Shown here piece by piece: positions 54,433-63,385 of a DNA stretch of 64,000 nucleotides; position 1 is the first letter of the stretch; each line of letters begins with the position of its first letter. Below the pieces are notes generated by a model. That model ran no database searches and was not told where the DNA came from. It saw only the letters and a program-made list of their open reading frames with translations. The stretch lies in NCBI GenBank assembly GCA_002418285.1, contig DIDT01000018.1:90309-154308 (forward strand), written 5' to 3'. The position numbers and the translations under genes were made by a program. Source of the stretch: Phycisphaerales bacterium UBA5793. Its GTDB lineage: Bacteria > Planctomycetota > Phycisphaerae > Phycisphaerales > UBA5793.

Positions 54433-56064
54433 ATGAACTCCACTCAAAACAACGCGGTGATCGGATCGCTTAACGGATTGGCGGTATTGCTCGTCTGCGC
54501 TGCCGGCACGCTGGCCGATCCCCCGGTGGTTGGCCCCCAGGTTCGCGTCGATGCGAACGGTGGAACGCAAGCCGCCAACGAGACGTCGTGTGCGTCTGTC
54601 GACGGTGCGCCCGGCGAGATTGTCGCCACAGCCAACGACTGGCGCGACAGCAATCCCAACGAAATCATCCGCATGTCCGTCGCAGTCTCAAACGACTTCG
54701 GTCAGACGTGGACCGACTTCCTGCTTCGCCCGCCGGCTCAAAACCAGTCGACCGTCGAAGGCGATCCGATGACCTGCTATGACCCGCGGACCGGCACCCT
54801 GTGGGTCGGCGCCATCTCCTTTGCGGGCAATGGTGGTCTCTACGTGGCGCGCAAGAACCCGGGACAAAACACCTTTCAACCGGCGGTCATGGCTCGCGCC
54901 ACCAGCAGCGCGGATAAGTGCTGGATGGCGGCTGGTCCGATCCCCGGCAACCCCAACAGCACCCGCGTCTACATCGCCTACAACCAGGGGGTGATCTACT
55001 CCTCGGACATGGGCAACACCTGGAACACGCCCCGCGCTCTTGGCTCCGGTATCGGATTCCTCCCTCGCGTCGGTCCCGAGGGGGAGCTGTACGTCGCCTA
55101 CTGGGACTTCGCCACCGGCGTCATGCTGAGGAGAAGTTTCGACGGCGGTGACACGTTCGATCCCGCCATTCGCATCGCCACCCGCATGGACACCTGGGGC
55201 ACGCAGGATGGCTCGCGGTTCCCCGGCAACTTCCGCGTTCCGCCCATGAACTCTCTCGCCGTCGATCCCAACAACGGCACGCTCTACTGTGTCTTCTTCG
55301 ACACCACCAACATCGTCAACGGTCAGCGCAACGTCGATCTGTACCTCACCCGGTCAACCGACAAAGGATCCACCTGGACGACGCCGCGCGTCATCAACAT
55401 GGACAACAGCCCGCCCGGCGATCAGTTCTTCCCCTGGCTGGAGGTTGATCGCGCCGGCAGAATTCACATGGTCTTCTCTGATTCGCGCAACACCGTACAG
55501 AATGACGGCGTGACCAACGGCATGTTCGACGCCTACTACGCCATGAGCGCTGACGGCGGTGAAACCTGGAGTGAATACCGGCTCACACCCAACTCCTACA
55601 ACTGCAACAATGACGGGCTCAATCGCAGTCAGCAGTTCCTGGGCGACTACAACGGACTCGGCCTCGGTGGCGACTTTGCCTATCCGAACTACATCTCCAC
55701 GCAGAATGGCGACACGGACATGTTCGTCCACACCATCCAGAATCGCAGCCTGACTCTCCAGCCCCCCTCGCCCGGAAACGCGGGTGAAGTGAACAGCTTT
55801 GTCACGACCAATGGGACGCCCGGAACAACCGTTTACTTCGTCTATGGATTGTCCAGCGCGCCGACGGCCGTGCCCGGCTGCCCCGGCCTGTCGCTCTTTG
55901 TTCAGTCGCCGAGCATCGCCGGAACTGCGGTGGCCAATGGCAACGGCGAGGCGACGTTGAATCGCTTCGTGAGCCGTGCCGCGCGCAACCGAAATGTCTT
56001 CCTTCAGGCAGTTGAGCAATCGTCCTGCACGCCCAGTACGGTGGTTCGAACGACCTTCGATTAG
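54433..56064 (+). CDS. Secreted BNR/Asp-box (sialidase-fold propeller) protein with relaxed C-terminal module
   Basis: It has five Asp-boxes (SNDFGQTW, SSDMGNTW, SFDGGDTF, STDKGSTW, SADGGETW) and a signal peptide. The C-terminal module is at nt 55750-56061. Confidence 0.85.
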   Translation: MNSTQNNAVIGSLNGLAVLLVCAAGTLADPPVVGPQVRVDANGGTQAANETSCASVDGAPGEIVATANDWRDSNPNEIIRMSVAVSNDFGQTWTDFLLRPPAQNQSTVEGDPMTCYDPRTGTLWVGAISFAGNGGLYVARKNPGQNTFQPAVMARATSSADKCWMAAGPIPGNPNSTRVYIAYNQGVIYSSDMGNTWNTPRALGSGIGFLPRVGPEGELYVAYWDFATGVMLRRSFDGGDTFDPAIRIATRMDTWGTQDGSRFPGNFRVPPMNSLAVDPNNGTLYCVFFDTTNIVNGQRNVDLYLTRSTDKGSTWTTPRVINMDNSPPGDQFFPWLEVDRAGRIHMVFSDSRNTVQNDGVTNGMFDAYYAMSADGGETWSEYRLTPNSYNCNNDGLNRSQQFLGDYNGLGLGGDFAYPNYISTQNGDTDMFVHTIQNRSLTLQPPSPGNAGEVNSFVTTNGTPGTTVYFVYGLSSAPTAVPGCPGLSLFVQSPSIAGTAVANGNGEATLNRFVSRAARNRNVFLQAVEQSSCTPSTVVRTTFD

Positions 56065-56100
56065 GCGCACCGCGCACTGCAAACGTCCAATGCGCGTCGT

Positions 56101-57483
56101 TCAACTGAAAACGAAATGCAGCACCAGGGCGATTGCTCCGGCCAGGGCCAGGGTGCGCATCATTCCCAGACGCCACCAGAACAACGCCGCAAAAGCGGCC
56201 GCGGTTATCGCCAGCGCCGGCCAATCGACCTGAGACCACTCGGGAACCAGCAATCGCACGCCCCACCTGCGATGCACCACAACCGTGGCAAACAGTGCGT
56301 GCAACCCGAACCAGACCGCCAGGTTGAGGACGACCCCGACTACCGCCGCCGTGACTCCGGAGAGTGCCGCTGCAAGCCGTTTGTTGGCGCGCGCCGCCTC
56401 AACATACGGGGCGCCAAGGAAAATCCACAGAAAACAAGGCACGAATGTCACCCACGCCGTCAGCACCGCCGCCAGCGTGCCGGCGAGCAGCGGTGGAAGC
56501 GTCCCCGGATGATTGAACGCCGCCATGAACCCGACAAACTGCACGACTTGGATCAGCGGACCCGGAGTGGTCTCCGCCAGGCCAAGACCTCGGAGCATCT
56601 CTTCGGCCGAGAGCCAGCCGTACAACTCCACAGCCTGCTGCGCAACATACGGGAGCACGGCGTAGGCGCCGCCGAAAGTCACGACTGCGGCTTTGCTGAA
56701 GAACAATCCAATCCGCGTGTACAGGTCATCGGGACCAAGCACCAGTGCCAGAACGAGGAGTGGACCGAACCAGAGCGCGAGACAGACGCCCAGTGTTCGC
56801 AACGCGCCTCTGGTAGACGGCGTGGCGTGCTCGGAGTCGTGCAGGTCCAGTGCCGTGAGACGATCATCTTTGTGTTGATCACCACCAGCGCCAAAGAGCA
56901 GGGGGGCAAAGTGCCCGCCTGCAAAGCCGATCACTGCCGCTCCAGCCACGATCGCCGGAAACGGTATCTCAAGAAAGAAAATGGAAACAAACGCAGCGAC
57001 GGCGATCAGCGCCATCCATCGATTGCGCAGTGCTCGTTTGCCAATTCGAATGACCGCTTCAACCACGACTGCGAGCACCGCCGCACCAAGTCCATGGAAC
57101 ACGGCCTCCACCACCGGCACATCGCGCCAGGTCGCATAGATCAGGCTCAATGTCAGGATTGATACGAACCCCGGAAGGATAAAGAGCACCCCGGCGGCGA
57201 CACCCCCGGGAGTCCGGTGCAGCAGCCAGCCGACGTACGTCGCCAGCTGCGTCGCCTCGGGGCCCGGCAGCAGCATGCAGTAATTCAGAGCGTGGAGAAA
57301 CCGGTGCTCGCTCACCCAACGCTTCTGCTCAACGAGGACGCGATGCATCACGGCGATCTGCCCTGCGGGGCCACCGAAACTGTTGAGTCCGATATACACC
57401 CAGACCCGCAACGCCTCGGCGAATGAAACTCGCCTGGCCTCGTCGTTCGGATTCGTCGTGCTCTCGCTGGGAATCTGAGACAT
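56101..57483 (-). CDS. chrA: Chromate transporter
   Basis: It has 'GLNSFGGPAGQIAVMHRVLVEQKRWVSEHRFLHALNYCMLLPGPEATQLATYVGW' and a duplicated CHR domain ('TFGGAYAVLPYV'). Confidence 0.9.
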   Translation of the reverse strand: MSQIPSESTTNPNDEARRVSFAEALRVWVYIGLNSFGGPAGQIAVMHRVLVEQKRWVSEHRFLHALNYCMLLPGPEATQLATYVGWLLHRTPGGVAAGVLFILPGFVSILTLSLIYATWRDVPVVEAVFHGLGAAVLAVVVEAVIRIGKRALRNRWMALIAVAAFVSIFFLEIPFPAIVAGAAVIGFAGGHFAPLLFGAGGDQHKDDRLTALDLHDSEHATPSTRGALRTLGVCLALWFGPLLVLALVLGPDDLYTRIGLFFSKAAVVTFGGAYAVLPYVAQQAVELYGWLSAEEMLRGLGLAETTPGPLIQVVQFVGFMAAFNHPGTLPPLLAGTLAAVLTAWVTFVPCFLWIFLGAPYVEAARANKRLAAALSGVTAAVVGVVLNLAVWFGLHALFATVVVHRRWGVRLLVPEWSQVDWPALAITAAAFAALFWWRLGMMRTLALAGAIALVLHFVFS

Positions 57484-57658
57484 CCTGGTGTCCCGGTTGC
57501 AAATTGCGAGACCGGGGGCGCTGGGTGCGTGGAGTGGCGGTGGCCCGATTGTAGTCGCGAAGACCGAGCGACCCCGGGGCGGTACACCCCAGTAGAATGC
57601 GACTATAATCGCAACGTCGGGCTCGCGCGGGCCGGCATGGATTCGTTGGAGCAGCCAC

Positions 57659-58066
57659 GTGACTCAGGAACAACAGCAACTGGAACAGACCAAGCCCATG
57701 CCGGTCGTCAATCCGTACCCGCGCGGCGCCTACGTCTTCGTACAGGAAGCGCTCGGATTCACCGTCGGCAAAGTGCACGGCGATCCGGAGAAGGTTGATC
57801 CTGGCAAGCGTCACATTAGTGGACAGCAACTCTGTCACGGCTTGCGCGACTACGCCATCACCAAGTATGGCCTGCTCGCCCGTTCCGTACTCGAACACTG
57901 GAACATTCATCGCACCGATGACTTTGGCCGCATCGTCTACAACCTGATCGAAACCGGCCAACTCTCCTGCAGCGATGAAGATCGCATCGAGGACTTCGCC
58001 GCCGTCTATTCGTTCGACGAAGCATTCGATCAGCAGCAAATCCTCGATTCGCTCATGCGCAACTGA
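57659..58066 (+). CDS. Minf_1886-like conserved protein (Planctomycetes/Verrucomicrobia-restricted family, by recollection)
   Basis: It has 'YPRGAYVFVQEALGFTV...RHISGQQLCHGLRDYAITKYGLLARSVLEHWNIHRTDDFGRIVYNLIETG' and is about 130 aa. Confidence 0.6.
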   Translation: MTQEQQQLEQTKPMPVVNPYPRGAYVFVQEALGFTVGKVHGDPEKVDPGKRHISGQQLCHGLRDYAITKYGLLARSVLEHWNIHRTDDFGRIVYNLIETGQLSCSDEDRIEDFAAVYSFDEAFDQQQILDSLMRN

Positions 58067-58157
58067 GCATTCCGATCCCAATTGATGCCTTGGCGTGTCC
58101 GTGACGCGATCGCGGGGGACTTGTCGCCGCCGGTCGGGTCGGTATCCTGCACTGACC

Positions 58158-59498
58158 ATGAGCAAGAAAAACGGCGGCGAATCCAACTCGGAACAGCGGC
58201 CGAATGATCTGCGCCACCTGCACCTGTGGCAGATCCAGGCCGTACGCGACGTCGCGGTACTCGCGGCCGTCGTCTTCCTCGTACTCTGCGGGTACTGGCT
58301 GCGCAGCGTGACAGTGCCACTGCTGATCGCCCTCGCCTTGGCCTATCTCTTTGAACCGGTCGTCGTCTGGGCGACGCGAAAGTACGGCGTCTCCCGCACC
58401 ACCGTGGCGGGCAGCCTAGTGGCCGCAGTGGGCTTGCTCTTTGCCGTGGCGGTACTCGGCATCGCCTTGTCGCTGGTGCAAACTGTCGATCTTGTTCGTT
58501 CGCTGCCCGAACGTGCGGGCGGGGCCATTCAACTTATTGATGAACACCTGCCGGCGCCGATCGGCGAATCCCTGCTCCAGGGATTACACAGTCTCATCGG
58601 CGATGAGAGTGTTGCACACACCGCTCCGGCTGGCGAGGCCGTCACGCCTGCCGACGACGACACCACGACCGAGAACGACTCGACGCCCCACGGCCGTTCC
58701 GAGTCCGCCAGCGCCGTTGACGCCACTGAGATTGCCGGTGAAATCCGATCGTGGCTCCGTGCGAATCTCGGCACGATCTTCCAGGCCACCGTCCGCACCA
58801 CCGGAGATGCGCTGAGCGTCATTCTGCAGTTCGTCAGTTCGACGGTGTACTTCGCGTTTACCCTCTTCCTGATCCCATTCTACTTCTTCGCCTTCTCCAC
58901 CGGTTGGCCGCATCTGCGCGACATGGTCGTCGAAGTGTTCCCGGTGGAGCACTCCAGGGGCATCTACGACATGCTCAAGAAGATGGATGCGGCGGTCAGT
59001 GGATTCGTCCGCGGCCGCATCGTCATTTGCGCCATCATGGGCGTGATGTTTGCGGTAGGCTGGTGGATGTGCGGCGTGCCGTACTGGTTGTTGCTTGGAA
59101 TACTGACTGGCGTGTTCAGCATCGTGCCGTATCTCGGTGGCGTTGGACTCCCGCTGGCGATCGGTCTCTTGTGGCTTGGGCAGGGCGATTTGCCGCCCGA
59201 TGCCCGCATGGCGTGGTGGGGGATCGTCCTCTGGCCCGCAGTCGTCTTTACCATCGTGCAATTGCTCGAGGGTTACGGCCTGACGCCGATGATCGCCGGC
59301 AAAGCCACCAATCTTGGCCCCGTGTCGATTCTCGTGGCCGTGCTGGCCGGCGGGGCCGTCGGTGGTGTCTACGGAATGCTGCTTGCCATTCCCGCGGCGG
59401 CGTGCATCAAGATCCTCGTCATGGATCTGCTGTTGCCGCGCATCAAGAAGTATGGTCGCGGTGAGGCTGCGGATATGCTCCCCATCAGCGGGGAATGA
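58158..59498 (+). CDS. AI-2E family transporter (PerM/UPF0118)
   Basis: Start set at ATG 58158. It has multiple TM helices and 'GVFSIVPYLGGVG' and 'LEGYGLTPMIAGK' motifs. Confidence 0.85.
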   Translation: MSKKNGGESNSEQRPNDLRHLHLWQIQAVRDVAVLAAVVFLVLCGYWLRSVTVPLLIALALAYLFEPVVVWATRKYGVSRTTVAGSLVAAVGLLFAVAVLGIALSLVQTVDLVRSLPERAGGAIQLIDEHLPAPIGESLLQGLHSLIGDESVAHTAPAGEAVTPADDDTTTENDSTPHGRSESASAVDATEIAGEIRSWLRANLGTIFQATVRTTGDALSVILQFVSSTVYFAFTLFLIPFYFFAFSTGWPHLRDMVVEVFPVEHSRGIYDMLKKMDAAVSGFVRGRIVICAIMGVMFAVGWWMCGVPYWLLLGILTGVFSIVPYLGGVGLPLAIGLLWLGQGDLPPDARMAWWGIVLWPAVVFTIVQLLEGYGLTPMIAGKATNLGPVSILVAVLAGGAVGGVYGMLLAIPAAACIKILVMDLLLPRIKKYGRGEAADMLPISGE

Positions 59499-59573
59499 AC
59501 TGATCTCAACGACACTCCATGAGTCGTCCGCAATAGAAACGTCCATCGTGGGCGCAGAAGGAGAAGGATCATC

Positions 59574-60458
59574 ATGCATGTTACCCTCACCGGCGCCTCG
59601 GGATTTATCGGCGCCGCCATCGCTCGCGATCTCAAACAAAGCGGCCACTCGACCACAGCGCTCGTCCGCTCTACGAGTAGGCGCGATCATATCGAATCGA
59701 TGGTTGATCATTTCGTGGTCGGCGATCTCGCAGACGAATCCATTTGGCCCGAGTTGTTGGAAGACTCCGACTGCGTGATCCACTGCGGCGTCGACTGGGC
59801 GCCCCTGAAAAGCAACGACCTCAAATCCCATCTCAATCGCAACCTGCTTGGCTCAATTCGTTTCCTCCAGATGAGCAACCCACGGCAGTTCATCTTCATC
59901 AGCACGATCGCCGTGCATCACGACATGCGGTCTCGCTGGCGAGGCGTGATTGATGAAGACCATCCGTTGCGGCCGGCATCGTGGTACGGTGCGTACAAAG
60001 CAGCAGTTGAGCCGCATCTCTGGACCGCCCACTTCAGCCAGGGACAGCACACCTCCGCCATTCGGCCATGCGGCGTCTACGGCCTCGATCCCAACCTCGA
60101 ACGCACCTACGGCATTGGCATGCTACGCAAACTCCGCAAAGGCCAATCGGTTGACAAAGCCGGCGGCGGCAAGTTCGTCCACGTCGATGATGTTTCCGCT
60201 GCGACGGTGGCGTGCGTGGGCAATCCCGATGCCGCTGGCAAGGCATACAACCTCGTGGACTGCTACGCCCGGTGGGCCGACTGGGCATTGATTGCCGCCG
60301 ATCTGCTCGGTGTCCAGGTCGAGGTCGATACTTCTAGTCCGAGTGAGCCCAGGAACACCTTCACGAAAGACGCTGTGCGATCGCTTGGCGTGAATCTCAA
60401 TCGCGGTCACGAAGGGATTCGCGAATACCTGCGCGAATTGATCGCCATCGCATCGTAA
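59574..60458 (+). CDS. NAD-dependent epimerase/dehydratase (SDR family)
   Basis: 'MHVTLTGASGFIGAAIARDL' (Rossmann GxxGxxG) and catalytic 'YGAYKAA' (YxxxK). Confidence 0.85.
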   Translation: MHVTLTGASGFIGAAIARDLKQSGHSTTALVRSTSRRDHIESMVDHFVVGDLADESIWPELLEDSDCVIHCGVDWAPLKSNDLKSHLNRNLLGSIRFLQMSNPRQFIFISTIAVHHDMRSRWRGVIDEDHPLRPASWYGAYKAAVEPHLWTAHFSQGQHTSAIRPCGVYGLDPNLERTYGIGMLRKLRKGQSVDKAGGGKFVHVDDVSAATVACVGNPDAAGKAYNLVDCYARWADWALIAADLLGVQVEVDTSSPSEPRNTFTKDAVRSLGVNLNRGHEGIREYLRELIAIAS

Positions 60459-60501
60459 GCAACGCTGATTCGTCGCGCAGCGTAGACCGGACTCGTTTTC
60501 T

Positions 60502-63324
60502 TCACCGCGTCGCGTTCAAAAGCAGATTAAACCGCCCCGGCCCGCCGCGCTCGCGCAAGCCGACTCGCATCTGCGTATTCAACAGCCGTGTCGACGGATC
60601 GGGCAGACGGAAGACGCGAACCGTCGTCTCGCCGGGCTGGAGTTGAGCCACATCAAGTTCGAGACGGCCGTAGCCTTCCGCCAGGACCATCGCCGACAGC
60701 CACACGGGCTGATCAGAGTTGTTCGAGATCTCCAGCGTGATGACCAGCTCTTCCCGACCCTCCGGATTGAGCGCATACTCGTAGTGCGGCACCAGTGTGA
60801 CCTTCTGGAACCCAAGTTCGACAATCGATTCCATTCGAACGGCGTTTGTGGAGATGTTCTGCAACGCGATGTCCACCACAATGCGCTTTGGCCCACCAGT
60901 CTCGTACGCCGGATAAGTGAAGATGAGCGGCATGTGAAGTTCTTCGCCGGCGCCGATCGAGAAGTGCCGGACGCGCTGGCGGATGTCCCAGTCGGCGGGC
61001 TCGATGATGCGAAGCGTGCCGGCGATGCTTGTCTTCCACGGGTTGGTCAGGATCATCTCGTGCATATGCACCGCAGCCGCACCTTCGATCCATCGCGGCG
61101 TTACGCGAAAACCCGAGCGCAGCAGTGCGAGATTGATCACTGCATCATCGATGAACTGCGGCTCGCGCGTGATCCGGATTTCGTGCACGCCGTTCGTCAC
61201 CGGCACTTGCTCCGCGTTGCCGAACGCATCGCTCAGGCTCACGGCATGATTGCCCAGAAAGATCGATGCCCGCACAACGTCCGCATCGGGCGAATCGTGC
61301 CAGACGGCAATCGTGCCGTTGCCCTGATTGTCCCGAAACACCACCGCGGTCACGTCGTTGCCCAGATCGAGGCGCGCGTGCTCCATCCGACCGCTGAGGT
61401 GGGCCGCAAGCGTGCGCCATGCGGGAAACGTCGCATCAGGCATGGGCTTGTCGGGCTGGTGATCTTCGACATGCCACGGACGTCGGATCGCAACGGAAGT
61501 CGCACCGGCTTCCCAGGCGAGCACGGTTCGTCGTACGAGGTCGTTGACTTCGTGCTCGACTCCGAACGCTTCCGGATCCGCCGATTCGATGACCACGGTG
61601 CTGGAGAGCAGGCTCTCTTTCCACGGCGCAAGATAGGATCCGATCGTCTCTGGCAGAACCTCATTGGGAAGAATGGTGGCAAAGTGAACGACTGGAATGC
61701 TCAGCGAATGCTCCCCGCCGGCTGGAAGTGCAGCCAGCGAGGCATCCGCGTTCGCATTGATGAGTGCTGCGGCCTGTAGCTGTTCGGCCGACCAGGGAAC
61801 AACCAGTTGCGGCGCTGGCACGAGTGCAAACAAGCGGCGCAGAATCGCATCAAGACGTTCGGGGCTGTTGTCCACGCGGCCAGCGCCGAGGCTGTCCGTC
61901 GGGCCAAACTGCCAGCGGTTGACAACCTGCCCAAACGAGATGAGAAAATCTTCCAGGTAGCGCCAGACCTCGTCCGTGCCGCGCCCGAATGTCTCGTAGA
62001 TCAGGGACGGGTTGGCATGCTCCTGTGTCGCCAGTTCATCGGGCAACGCCGTTATGACGAAACTCACCGCGCGCGACTCGTCATTGAGTCGCGTCACAAT
62101 CGGGCTCACAGCCGACCGATGCGCGTGCATTTGGCTCCGAGTAAAGTCCGGCCCCCACATGGGAAGCGAGATGGAGTCGCAACCGAGTACGGCGAGAAGA
62201 TCAGGCACCGTGGACCACTGCTCGAGCGGCAGGTCATCGCCGACGACGCCGAACCCCGCAAAGTGCAGAGGCAGTTTCGACTCGCTTGCGGCCTCGGGCA
62301 TCCAGGCGAAATCGAGCCAGGTGCGCGAAATCTCGGTGCCCTTCTCGCTGACATTGGCGATCGATCGATACCAACCCATGCCCGGCAATGCCGGGCGGTA
62401 CAGCGAAGGCTGCCAGTCATTTGAGATGCGCAGTTCGCGTTCATCGACGAGGTTGCCACGGTGGTCGTATGTTCGAACCATCGTGAGAAGCGATGCGGAC
62501 GCCACGTCCTGAGCCCGGACGTAAAGCGTCGGAACGGCCGGTTGCACAAAAAGGTTGTTGGGGGCCGTGGATGCAAGTTCGATGCGCGGCACGCGCCAGA
62601 TCGTAAGGTTGTCGAAGTACGCTGCCGCGCCGACCACGTCCTCGAGCAGCACGCGCGGACGCGTCGTCGGATCGGTGTTCCAGGTGGCTCGCTGTTCAAC
62701 GAGCAACTCAACCTGCAACCAGGCGGGCAAGCCGACCTGTCTGCCGTCCTTGTTCCGCAAGACCGTTCCGGGGGCAATGCCGTGAAGGATGACCTGGGCA
62801 TCGCGCCAGGCGCCATTCGTGTCCAGCAGGGACGACTCAGCCATCGACGCTTCGATGCGATGTCCATCTTCATCCACGAAATACGCAAGCACTCGGGCTC
62901 TCGATCGTCGCAGCCCTTCGGTCCGGACGTTCACGCGCAGGTGGTAATCGATCTCCGGGATCACCGGCACCACGCCCGCCACCAGTCGCAAGCCGGCATT
63001 CCCGCCGATCGTTGGAACCCGGACACAGCGATTCGGATCGTCGGGATTCGGGCGTTCCGGGTAGAACGCCGCGTCATTCCATCGCGGAAATCCCGGATCG
63101 GCGATACGAACCCAGTACAGTGGGACCGGGTCGGCATTGGTCGGCTCGTCAAAGTCAAACGCCTGAACGACGCGCGAGGTGAGATCACCGATGAGATCGA
63201 CCGGCGCTGGCGGCACGGCGGGATCGACTCGCGGCTGCTGGGCCAATACGACGCCGACCATGGCCGTTAGCATCAGGCTGGCCACGGAAGCAGCAAATCG
63301 ACATCGAAGCGAAGGCACCCGCAT
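60502..63324 (-). CDS. Large secreted hypothetical protein
   Basis: ORF 60502..63423, start set at ATG 63324 (MRVPSLRCRFAASVASLMLTAMVGVVLAQQ signal peptide). I recognise no motif. The central part could be a TIM-barrel glycosidase-like region, but that is an impression only. Confidence 0.7.
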   Translation of the reverse strand: MRVPSLRCRFAASVASLMLTAMVGVVLAQQPRVDPAVPPAPVDLIGDLTSRVVQAFDFDEPTNADPVPLYWVRIADPGFPRWNDAAFYPERPNPDDPNRCVRVPTIGGNAGLRLVAGVVPVIPEIDYHLRVNVRTEGLRRSRARVLAYFVDEDGHRIEASMAESSLLDTNGAWRDAQVILHGIAPGTVLRNKDGRQVGLPAWLQVELLVEQRATWNTDPTTRPRVLLEDVVGAAAYFDNLTIWRVPRIELASTAPNNLFVQPAVPTLYVRAQDVASASLLTMVRTYDHRGNLVDERELRISNDWQPSLYRPALPGMGWYRSIANVSEKGTEISRTWLDFAWMPEAASESKLPLHFAGFGVVGDDLPLEQWSTVPDLLAVLGCDSISLPMWGPDFTRSQMHAHRSAVSPIVTRLNDESRAVSFVITALPDELATQEHANPSLIYETFGRGTDEVWRYLEDFLISFGQVVNRWQFGPTDSLGAGRVDNSPERLDAILRRLFALVPAPQLVVPWSAEQLQAAALINANADASLAALPAGGEHSLSIPVVHFATILPNEVLPETIGSYLAPWKESLLSSTVVIESADPEAFGVEHEVNDLVRRTVLAWEAGATSVAIRRPWHVEDHQPDKPMPDATFPAWRTLAAHLSGRMEHARLDLGNDVTAVVFRDNQGNGTIAVWHDSPDADVVRASIFLGNHAVSLSDAFGNAEQVPVTNGVHEIRITREPQFIDDAVINLALLRSGFRVTPRWIEGAAAVHMHEMILTNPWKTSIAGTLRIIEPADWDIRQRVRHFSIGAGEELHMPLIFTYPAYETGGPKRIVVDIALQNISTNAVRMESIVELGFQKVTLVPHYEYALNPEGREELVITLEISNNSDQPVWLSAMVLAEGYGRLELDVAQLQPGETTVRVFRLPDPSTRLLNTQMRVGLRERGGPGRFNLLLNATR

Positions 63325-63385
63325 TGAAAGAGGTATCGACTTGCCTGCGGACGGGGCTGCAACTGTGCCGATAAGATTGGGCAAG

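Noticed and set aside
56116-57162. 348-aa + strand ORF
   Set aside because: It is antisense to chrA, a clear multi-TM transporter. The product is a hydrophilic Arg/His/Gln-rich string.
58584-59831. 415-aa ORF on the - strand
   Set aside because: It is antisense to the AI-2E transporter gene and to the start of the epimerase gene.
60643-61779. 378-aa + strand ORF (and 61807..62424, 62461..63270 +)
   Set aside because: All are antisense to one continuous 940-aa - strand ORF that has a good signal peptide and a balanced composition.
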